A DNA stretch of 64,000 bases from Scyliorhinus canicula (Eukaryota): the NCBI RefSeq assembly GCF_902713615.1, contig NC_052158.1:52980823-53044822 (forward strand). Direction: 5' to 3'. The notes under the pieces were generated by a model. That model searched no databases and was not told the origin of the DNA. It saw only the letters and a program-made list of their open reading frames with translations. Every line of letters begins with the position of its first letter. Positions within the stretch are counted from its first letter, which is position 1. Below are positions 25,601-37,600 of this stretch, piece by piece. The position numbers and the translations under genes are program-made.

Positions 25601-28600
25601 TCGAACAGTTTGACCTACAGTGTGTACAGGAGGGTTTTGTGACAATATGTGAATAGGTCGACAAGAGGTGGGGCCACATTGGATTTGGTACTGGGTAATG
25701 AACCGGGCCAAGTGTTAGATTTGTTTGTGGGAGAGCACTTTGGAGATAGTGACCACAATTCGATGTCTTTCACTATTGCAATGGAGAGGGATAGGGCCAT
25801 GCAGCAGGGCAAGGTTTATAATTGGTGGAGGGGTAATTATGATGCGATTAGGCAAGAATTAGGGAGCATAAGATGGGAACAGAAACTGTCTGGGAAAGGT
25901 ACAAATGAAAAGTGGAGCTTGTTCAAAGAACAAATACTGCATGTCCTTGATATGTATGTCCCTGTCAGGCAGGGAGGAAATGGTCATGTGAGGGAATCAT
26001 GGTTCACAAAAGTGGTTGAATGTCTTGTCAAGAGGAAAAAGGAAGCGTATGTTCGGATGAGAAAACAAGGTTCAGTTGGGTCGCTTGAAGGTTACAAGGC
26101 AGCAAGGAATGAGCTAAAAAAAAGGGCTTAGGAGAGCTCGGGGGGCATGAGAAGTCCTTGGTGGGTCGGATCAAGGAAAACCCCTAGGCTTTTCACTCTT
26201 ATGTGAGAAATAAAAGAATGACCGGTGTGAGGGTAGGGCCGGTCAACGGCAGTAGTGGGAACTTGTGCATGGAGTCAGGAGAGATAGGAGAGGCATTGAA
26301 TGAATACTTTTCTTCAGTGTTCACCGAGGAGAGGGGCTGTGTTTTTGAGGATGTGTGTGATACAGGCGGTAGGCTGGAGGAGGTAGATGTTCTGAGGGAA
26401 GATGTATTAGCAATTTTGAAAAACCTGAAGGTCGACAAGTCGCCTGGGCCAGATGGGATATATCCTAGGATTCTTTGAGAGGCAAGAGATGAGATTGCAG
26501 AGCCTTTGGCTTTGATCTTTGGGTCCTTACTGTCCACGGGGATAGTGCCAGAGGACTGGAGAGTGGCGAATGCTGTTCCTCTGTTCAAGAAAGGGAATAG
26601 GAATGACCCGAGTAATTATAGGCCAGTTAGTCTTACTTCGGTGGTCGGTAAGTTAATGGAAAGGGTCCTGAGGGATAGGATTAATGACCATTTGGAAAGA
26701 TGCAGCTTAATCCGGGATAATGAACACGGATTCGTGAAGGGTAAGCCTTGCCTCACAAATTTGATTGAATTCTTTGAGGAGGTAACTAAGAGTACAGATG
26801 AAGGTAGAGCAGTTCATGTCGTATACATGGATTTTGGTAAGGCGTTTGATAAGGTTCCCCATGGTCGGCTCATGAAGGAAGTAAGGAGGTGTGGGATCAA
26901 GGGAAATTTAGCCAATTGGATAAGTAACTGGCTATCACATAGAAGACAGAGGATGGTGGTGGATGGAAAATTTTCAGACTGGAGACCAGTTACCAGCGGT
27001 GTACCAGGGATCAGTGTTGGGTCCTCTGCTATTTGTGATTTTTATAAATAACTTGGGAGAGGGGGCTGAAGTGTGGGTCAGTAAATTTGCTGATGACACC
27101 AAGATTGGTGGAGTAGTGGATGAGGTGGAGGGCTGCTATAGGCTGCAAAGAGATATTGATAGGATGCAGAGCTGGGCCAAAAAATGGCAGATGGAGTTTA
27201 ACCCTGATAAGTGCGAGGGGATTCATTTTGGTAGGAGAAATTTGAATGCGAATTATAGGGTCAACGGCAGGGTTCTGAGGAATGTGGAGGAACAGAGAGA
27301 TCGTGGGGTTCATGTCCACAGATCTCTGAAGGTTGCCACTCAAGTGGATAGAGCGAGAAGAAGGCCTATAGTGTGTTCGCGTTTATTAACAGGGAGCTTG
27401 AGTTTAAGAGCCGTGGGGTTATACTGCAACTGTACATGACCCTGATGAGACAACGTTTGGAGTATTGTGTGCAGTTCTGGTCACCTCATTATTGGAATGA
27501 TGTGGAAGCATTGGAAAGGGTGCATAGGAGATTTACCAGGATGCTGCCTGGATTGGAGGGTAGGTCTGGAGGAAATGTTGAGGGGGCTAGGGCTTTTCTC
27601 ATTGGAGCGATGGAGGATGAGAGACGACTTCATAAAGGTTTATAAGATGATGAGGGGGATAGAAAGAGTGGACGTTCAGAGACTATTTCTTCGGGTGGAT
27701 GTAGCTGTTACAAGGGGGCATAACTAGAAGATTCAGGATGGGAGATATAGGAGGGATATATGAGGTAGGTTCTTTACTCAGAGAGTGGTTAGGGTGTGAA
27801 ATGGGCTGCCTGCTGTGATAGTGGTGTCGGACACTTTAGGAACTTTCAAGCGGTTATTGGATAGGCACATGGAGCACACCAGAATGACGGAGTGGGATAG
27901 CTTGTTCTTGGTTTCGGACAAAGCTCGGCACAACATCGAGGGCCGAAGGGCCTTTCTGTGCTGTACTGTTATATGTTCTATGAAATGCAATAACGATTTA
28001 AGAATATGCATGGATCCTAAAGACCTCAATGCCAACATCAAGCGAGAACGCTATCCAAGAACCAAAACATGAAGAAATAATGAGCGAAATATCAGGTGCG
28101 GCGTGTTCCAGTAAAATGGATGAATTGCAGGGTATTTGGCAACTCAAATTGGATGAAGAGAGTATAAAATATTCCATGTTTAACACTCCAATTGGGCACT
28201 TCTGTTTTCTTTGAATGCCTTTTGGGATAATATCCACATCTGTAATCTTTCACAGGGCAATGGAGCATAAGGAGTATATGTGTATATGTTGACTATATAA
28301 AAGTATGGGGTCTACAAAGGAAGAACACAACAACCGACTCATCAAAGTACTAAGTGTTAATTATGGGCTAAGGTTAAAAGTCAAGTGTCAATTTGGCATT
28401 AAAGAAATCATGTTTCTGGCGGACAAGTTGTCTGCTCATGGCATACAACCCGATCAAGTGAAGATACAGGAAATAATGAATATGCCACAACCATCAGACA
28501 AGAAAGGAGTTCTGCGGATAATCGGAATGATCAACTTTATAGACAAATTTATTCTGAGCTAAGACATTGGGCTGAATTCTCCGCTCTCGGGATTCTCCAT

Positions 28601-31600
28601 AGCGCCGGCTGGCAAGACAAACAATCCTGGGGGCGCGTCGCACCAGCCATCTGGTGCGGCGGGACAGAGAATCCTGTGCAACATGTCTCATACAAGTTAT
28701 CAAGAAGATGAATACTTTTGAATGGGCAGGTAAGCATGAGCAAGCACAGCTTAATCTGAAGTCAGCTTTGACAGCAGCTCTAGTGCCAGCATTTTTTGAC
28801 CTGACCAAGAAAATGAAAATCTCAACTGATGCGTTGAAGAATGGGTTAGGTGTTTTGTTACAGCAGGAAGATGGAAAGGATTGGAAGCCAGTTGCTTATG
28901 CGTCTAGGTCCGTGACTGACTCTGAGTGTTGATACGCTCAAATTGAGAAGGAATGTCTTGGAAAGGTTTCATAGCTATGTGTATGGTCTACCAACTTTTC
29001 TGATAGAAACGGATCACAGACCATTGGTAGCCTGTCAAAAAAACCTAAGTGAGATGTCACCACACATCAGAGAATGATGATGAAACTCCAGCAGTATGAT
29101 TTTGATCTACTTTACATTCCAGGCAAGCACATTGTAGTTGCAAATGTGCTTTCAAGAGCTACAGCCATGCTGGAAGACAATCATATTGAAGCTGTTGTGT
29201 AGTACATGTCAATCCAATAACGGAGACACTGCCAGTGTCTGATGAAAAATTAAAACTAATAGTGGCAGAAACCAAAAAGGATGAGTTTCTGCAGGTGGTA
29301 ATCAAGAACAAAGTACCACAGCATCAGAGCAGAATGAAGTGTAGCCAATGGATTCATCCTGAGGCAGCACAGAATATTATCCCAGTCTTTGCGAGCTGAA
29401 ATTTGAGAAAAAAAATTCACGAGGGCTACCTCAGAATTGGAAAGAGTAAAAGGAGAGTACGAGACACGGTATACTGGCCAGAAATCAACAAGGACATTCA
29501 AAAGATGGTAGAGGAATGCGCGACATGTCAAAAATTCCAATGTAGACAAATGAAAGAACCAATGCAGATGGGCGACATAGTGACACATCCATGGCAGCAA
29601 GTAGGGATAGACTTGTTTAAGCTCAAATGAAGGGAGTATTTACTGGTCAAAGGTTACTTTTCCAATTTTCCTGAAGTGGCACAGTTATCCAGCTCAGCTC
29701 ATCAGCCAGGTGTGTCATCACACATACTAAAGCTATCTTTGCTCATCGTGGCATTCCACAGGTTGTCTGAGGGACAATGACCTATGCTTCAGTTGTCAGG
29801 AATAAGACCATAAGACCATAAGACATAGGAGTGGAAGTAAGGCCATTCGGCCCATCGAGTCCACTCTGCCATTCAATCATGGCTGATGGGCATTTCAACT
29901 CCACCTACCAGCATTCTCCCCGTAGCCCTTAATTCCTCGCGACATCAAGAATTTATCTATCTCTGCCTTGAAGCCATTTAGCGTCCCGGCCTCCACTGCA
30001 CTCCGCGGCAATGAATTCCACAGGCCCACCACTCTCTGGCTGAAGAAATGTCTCCGCATTTCTGTTCTGAATTTACCCCCTCTAATTCTAAGGCTGTGCC
30101 CACGGGTCCTCGTCTCCTCGCCTAACGGAAACAGTTTATTTGCGTCCACCCTTTCTAAGCCATGTATTATCTTTTAAGTTTCTATTAGATCTCCCTTTAA
30201 CCTTCTAAACTCCAATGAATACAATCCCAGGATCCTCAGCCGTTCCTCATATGTTAGACCCGCCATTCCAGGGATCATCCGTGTGAATCTCCGCTGGACA
30301 CGCTCCAGTGCCAGTATGTCCTTCCTGAGATGTGGGGCCCAAAACTGGACACAGTACTCCAAATGGGGCCTAACCAGAGCCTTATAAAGGCTCAGTAGCA
30401 CATCGCTGCTTTTATATTCCAACCCTCTTGAGATAAATGACAACATTGCATTCGCTTTCTTAATCACGGATTCAACCTGCATGTTTACCTTTAGGGAATC
30501 CTCGACTAGCACTCCCAGATCCCTTTGTACTTTGGCATTATGAATTTTCTCACCGTTTAGAAAGTAGTCTATGCTTGGATTCTTTTTTCCAAAGTGCAAG
30601 ACCTCACATTTTCTCACGTTGAATTGCATCAGCCATTTCCTGCACCACTCTCCCAAACTGTCTAGATCCTTCTGCAGCCTCCCCACTTCCTCAGCACTAC
30701 CTGCCTGACCACCTAACTTCGTATCATCGGCAAACTTCGCTAGCATGCCCCCAGTCCCTTCATCCAGATCATTAATATATATGGTGAACAGCTGCGGCCC
30801 CAACACTGAACCCTGTGGGACACCGCTGGTCACCGGCTGCCATTCCGAAAAAGAACCTTTTATCCCAACTCTCTGCCTTCTGTCAGACAGCCAATCCTCA
30901 ACCCATGCCAGTCGCTCACCTCGAACACCATGGGCCCTCACCTTACTCAGCAGCCTCCTGTGTGGCACCTTATCAAAGGCCTTTTGGAAATCCAGATAGA
31001 CCACATCCACTGGGTTTTCCTGGTCTAACCTACTTGTCACCTCCTCAAAGAATTCTAACAGGTTCGTCAGGCACGACCTCCCCTTACTAAATCCATGTTG
31101 ACTTGTTCTAATCCGACCCTGCTCTTCCAAGAATTTAGAAATCTCATCCTTAACGATCGATTCTAGAATTTTACCAACAACCGAGGTTAGGCTAATTGGC
31201 CTATAATTTTCCATCTTTTGTCTTGATCCTTTCTTGAACAAGGGGGTTACAACAGCGATCTTCCAATCGTCCGGGACTTTCCCTGACTCCAGTGATTTTT
31301 GAAAGATCTCAACCAACGCTTCCGCTATTTCTTCAGCCACCTCCCTCAGAACTCTAGGATGTAGCCCATCGGAGCAAGGAGATTTGTCAATTTTAAGACC
31401 TTTTAGCTTTTTTAGCACCATCTCTTTTGTAATGGCAACCATACTCAACTCAGCCCCCTGACCCTTTATAGTTTTTGGGATATTACTCATGTCTTCAACT
31501 GTGAAGACAGACGCAAAGTACTTATTAAGTTCTCCAGCCATTTCCTTGTCTCCCATCACTAGCCTTCCAGAATCAGTTTGAATTGGCCCAATGTCTACTT

Positions 31601-34600
31601 TGGCCTGTCGTTTGTTTCTTACGTATTGAAAGAAACTTTTACTATCATTTCTTATATTACTGGCTAGCCTGCCTTCATATTTGATCCTCTCCTTCCTTAT
31701 TTGTCTCTTTGTTAACCTCTGTTTGTTTTTGTAGCCTTCCCAATCTTCTGATTTCCCAGTGCTTTTGGCCACTTTATAGGATCTCTCTTTTTCTTTGATA
31801 CATTTCCTGACCTCCTTTGTCAGCCATGGCTGTCTAATCCCTCCCCGGATAATCTTTCTTTTCTTGGGGATGAACCTCTGTACAGTGTCCTCAATTATGC
31901 ATACAAACTCCTGCCATTTTTGCTCTACTGTCTTCCCCACTAGTGTCTGCTTCCAATCGATTTTCGCCAGTTCCTCTCTCATGCCCTCGTAATTACCTTT
32001 ATTTAACTGTAACACCATTACATCCGATTTTGCCTTCTCTCTTTCAAACTGCAGACTGAACTCAACCATATTATGATCGCTGCTTCCTAAGTGTTCCCTT
32101 ACTTTAAGATCTTTTATAAAGTCTGGTTCATTACATAGCACTAGGTCCAGAATAGCCTACTCCCTTGTGGGCTCCATGACAAGCTGTTCCAAAAAGCCAT
32201 CTTGTAAGCATTCCATGAATTCCTTTTCTTTGGATCCACTGGCTACGTTATTTACCCAATCCACCTGCATATTGAAGTCCCCCATGATCACCGTTACCTT
32301 GCCTTTCTGACATGCCTTTTCTATTTCCGGTACATGTTGCACCCCTGGTCCTGACCACTGTTAGGAGGTCTGTACATAACTCCCATTATGGTTTTTTTGC
32401 CTTTGTAGTTCCTCAATTCTACCCACACAGACTCCACATCATCCGACCCTATGTCGTTTAGTGCCATAGATTTAATTTTGTTCTTAACTAACAAGGCAAC
32501 CCCACCCCCTCGGCCCACCTCCCTGTCTTTTCGATAGGTTGTATATCCTTGGATGTTTAACAGCCAGTCCTGAACCCCCTGCAGCCATGTCTCTGTGATG
32601 CTTACCACATCATAATCATTCACGATGATCTGTGCCATTAGTTCGTCTACTTTGTTACAAATGCTACGAGCATTCAGGTAAAGTGCCTTAATGCTAACTT
32701 TCTTATCATTACAGATATTGGAAGTCCTAAGATGTCCAAAGTTATCCTTCTTTTTGTTGCATTCCTAGTCTGCCTCAAGCTTAAATCCACCTGCCTACAT
32801 GTTATCCTCCTGCGTATCTTGCCATTTAACTCCCTGCTCCCTGTCGCTTTCACTTTCCCTTCCCCCCAACTCAGAAGTTTAAAGTCCTACTGACCACCCT
32901 ATTTATCCTCTTCGCTAGAACACTGGTTCCAGATCGGTTCAGGTGGAGACCGTCCCAACGGTACAGATCCCCCCGGTTCCAAAACTGATGCCAATGTCCC
33001 ATGAAGTGGAATCCCTCTTTCCCACACCAATCCCTTAGCCACGTGTTTACTTCCCTAATTTTCTTATCCCTATGCCAATTGGCACGTGGCTCGGGTAGTA
33101 ATCCGGAGATTATGACCCTTGAGGACCTGTATTTCAATTTTCTTCCTAGTGCTTGATAGTCCCCGAACAGGTCCTCCACCCTAGCTTTACCTATGTTGTT
33201 AGTCCCAACGTGGACCACAACAACTGGATCTACCCCTCCCGCTCCAATATCCTTTCAAGCCGGTCAAAGATGTCCCGCACCCTGGCACCGGGCAGGCAAC
33301 ACACCATGCGAGACTCCCGATCCGGCTTGCATAGGATACTATCTGTCCCCCTAATTATAGAATCCCCTATAACAACTACTTGTCTTTTTACTCCCCCCTC
33401 TTGAATGGCCTTCTGCACCATGGTACCGTGGTCAGCGGGCTCATCCTGTCCAGAGCCCTTTTCCTCATCCATACAGGGAGCAAGAGTCTCATACCTGTTG
33501 GACAAGGTCAAGGGCTGAGGCTCCTGCACTCCTGAACTCAGGTTCCCCCTGCCTGCCTCACTTACAGTCACACTCTGAAGTCCCTGATCACTTACTGAAT
33601 GTGAATTACTTAATCTCCCAGGTGTGACTGCCTCCTGAAACAAAGTGTCCAGGTAACTCTCCCCCTCCCGGATGTGCCGCAGTGTTTGAAGCTCAGATTC
33701 CAGATCATCAACTCTGAGCCGGAGTTCTTCCAGCAACCAACACTTGCTGCAGATGTGGTCATTGCCATTCACAAGGGGAACAGCCAGCTCCCACATCATA
33801 CAGCTACAGCACATCACCTGCCCAGCCATCTCTGATTAGTTAATTACTTTATTACTTTGTATAAATTTCAGTTAAAAAAAAGCTTGGATACCTCTGCTAT
33901 AGTCTTTTCCAACCTAGTTCTGGTTAACAAATAAGAAAAAGGAAAATAATAATGTAATAAGGCACTCACCTGCTCACCCCAATGGGTCTTATTATTAGGT
34001 TAGAGGAGGAGGGCGGGTGGGAGACACTACACGTGTAGTGTCTCGGGTTTCCTCTCCACCAGAATTTATTGACTAGGGAGGGGTAAACTTTCCCAGAAGT
34101 CCGCGGGACAAACTTCCTGTTTCCTGCAAAGGTAAGTAATTTAAACTTACAACTCACCTCCCGATAGGCTCAGCACCTGCCGGTATCCAATGGCTGGCCG
34201 CTGCTCCTGCAATGAAATTTACAAATCTACTCACCAGCTGATGTGTCCCAGCTCCCGCAGAAATCCAACTGACGGCAACGCCTGCAAAGGTAAGTAATTT
34301 AAACTTACAACTCACCTCCCGATAGGCTCAGCACCTGCCGGTATCCAATGGAAAGAATTTGTGCAGAAGTACATCTTCAAGCATGTCACATTCAGTCATT
34401 TACAGCCACAGTCAAATGGAAAAGCAGAGAAAGGTGTGCAGATAGTAAAACAATTACTTAAAAATCAATGGACTGCCAGGATGATCCAAGTCTGGCATTG
34501 CTCAGTTATCGAGCATCACCTTTGAGCAATGGTTTGTCACCATCACAACTATTGATGAACAGGAAGATCAGAACAACGTTACCATGCCATTCAAATAAAA

Positions 34601-37600
34601 AAACAAGTCACCAAGATGCAAAATCAACTGCAATCTCTAAAGAAGAAGCAGAAGATGTACTGTGACAGGTCAGCCAGAGCTCTAAAACCTTTCAAGCACA
34701 ATGATCCAGTAAGGGTGGAGGATCCTGATGGCTGGTCAAAGTGTGCAAAAGTGATACAGAAGACAGGTCCGTGTTCCTTCACAGTCATCACAGAACAAAG
34801 ACAGGTACTCGGGAGAAACAGAAGAGCTTTGTTAAAAATTCAGCAACCTGTAACTTCACTGTCAGCAGAGAATGTTAAAAATTCAGCAACCTGTAACTTC
34901 ACTGTCAGCAGAGAATGTATGTGAAAGCTTCTGTCCATCTCAACCAGAAAAGAAAAATCAAACGTCCAATCTGAAGATACACTCACAGTAATGTAGTTAT
35001 ACCAGAGACAGCTTCAGAACCACAAGAATGTCAAGCAGATTCGTCGGATCAACTAAAACTCTGAAGGTGAACGAAGCATCAAATGAAGCCTGACAGACTG
35101 AATCTGTAGTTGACAATGTAATTGTAAATAATCCGAATTGTTATGCTATGCATATCATATGTACGATAATTGATTGAAATGATGTGTATTATTATATTTT
35201 GTTAACATCTGAAGGAAAGGGGATGTAATGAAATGCATAAGCAATTCTATATGTTAGACCTCCAACCAGTAGGTGACAGTAGAGTTACACCATGTAACAC
35301 TGCAGCCTCGGGGAGTCTGAGTGAGGAGTCGTCGAGGATAGTTGTGTTTAACATTAGCCCTTCTATTCTAGTTGTTAACTGTTTACAGTTGGATACAAAA
35401 TTGGCTTGATGACAAAAGACTGGAGTTTTTCAGCTGGAGGCCTGTGACAAGTGGAGTGCCTCAGGGATCAGTGCTGGGTCCACTTTTATTTGTTATTTAT
35501 ATTAATGATTTGGATAGGAATTTAGTAAATTAGTAAATGACATGGTTAGTAAGTTTGCAAATGACACCAAGATTGGACAGTGAAGAAGGTTATCATGGAT
35601 TGCAACAGGATCTTGATGAATTGAGCCAGTGAGCCAATGAATGGCAGGTGGAGTTTAATTTAGATAAATGGGCGGTAATGCATTTTGGTAGATCGAATCG
35701 GGGCAGTGTAGCCATCTGGGATGGCCATGTCCAATTATAAAATGGACACTTTGCAAAGAATGCAGGGAATTTGCAGGGAAAATGGACAATACTGAGAAAG
35801 CAAGCAGGTGCAAGGTTTGTCTGTTGATTGGAGCTGTAGCTCCCAGACAAGACTGATACTGCAAAGCCATTAACATACTAATGAGCCATCTCCGGGGTCA
35901 AAAGAGTAACATTTAGTTAAACGATACTAAGGCAGACACCCTGGCGCCAGAGGAGACTAGAACAAAGCAGGTCAACGGCCACCTAGGACACGCCCAGCAA
36001 TCAGGGCACCCACCCCTTTATTGGAGGAAATCAATACCGATGATCAAGATACGGTCCAATTAATTGGGACCAAGTTCAAGGCCCGCCCAAAAGCACGCAA
36101 AGCCCCTTTTGGGTGTAAGAAGAAGCCCCCAAAAGAGAATCTCTCTCTTGGCCTTGGCTCTCAGCGACGAGAGGCCTGCCTAGCAGCTGCACCAGAACAA
36201 GTAAGTCCAAAGCCAAGGCACGCTATGTGGCAGACGGTTCTAGCTACTATTCCATACCAGCTCAACCCCAGCAGCCTCAGAACCGGACAACGGCCATTGT
36301 TCCTCTGACTGAGTGGGTGCCCGAAGGATGAACACTGAAACCCGAGATAGTTAACCCCATGACAGTTAACAATACCCCGACCTGGTGTGATAAGTTTATC
36401 ACCTGGTATTCACTATCGTATGTAGTAGAAGCGCCCTTAGTACTGGCGATACTTTGCAGTGTCGTGCAGACACTTAGAATCAGGAAATGGCGAAGGAGAG
36501 CCTACCACTCTCACACCCCGGTACACATGTTTATGTCACCTATCTTCGGACTTCACCAAACCCCCGAACCCCTCGACATGAATTAAAGTGCATCCGTTTT
36601 TCTTTGTGTTTTGTTCAATAAAGAAATGTGCTTGACTGCCAAGCCAGTGAAATTTGTGTGCTGCTATTTGTACACAGTAAGAAGTCTTACAACACCAGGT
36701 TAAAGTCCAACAGGTTTGTTTCAAACACGAGCTTTCGGAGCACGGCTCCTTCTTCAGGTGAATGGAAAGGCTTGTTCCAGAAATGTTTATATAGACACAG
36801 TCAGAGATGCCCCGGAATGCGAGCACCTGCAGGCAATCAAATCATCAAAGATGCAGAGAGAGAGGTAACTCCAGGTTAAAGAGGTGTGAATTGTCCCAAG
36901 CCAGTTCAGTCGGTAGGCCTCTGCAAGTCCAGGCTTGTTGGTGGGGGCCGAATGTAATGCGACATGAATCCCAGATCCCGGTTGAGTCCGCATTCATGCG
37001 TGCGGAACTTAGCTATAAGTTTTTGCTCAGCAATTTTGCGTTGTCGCGTCTCCTGAAGGCCTCCTTGTAGAATGCTGACCCGGAGATCAGAGGCTGAATG
37101 TCCTTGACTGCTGAAGTGTTCCCCAACTGGAAGGGAACAGTCCTGCCTGTTGATAGTCGCACGATGCCCGTTTATTCGTTGTCGCAGTGTCTGCATGGTC
37201 TCGCCAATGTACCACGCTTCGGGACATCCTTTCCTGCAGCGTATGAGGTAGACTACATTGGTCGAGTCGCACGAGTATGCGCCGCGTACCTGGTGAGTGG
37301 TGTTTCCACGTGTAATGGTGGTGTCCATGTCGATGATCTGGCATGTCTTGCAGAGATTACCCTGGCAGGGTTTTGTGGTGTTGTGGTTGCTGTTCTGAAG
37401 GCTGGGTAATTTGCTGCAAACAATGGTTTGTTTGAGGTTGCGCAGTTGTTTGAAGGCCAGTAGTGGGGGTGTGGGGATGACCTTGGCAAGATGTCCATCC
37501 TCGCTGATGATGTGTTGGAGGCTGCGAAGAAGATGTCGTAGTTTCTCCGCCCCAGGAAAGTACTGGACGACGAAGGGTACTCTGTCAGTGGTGTCCCGTG

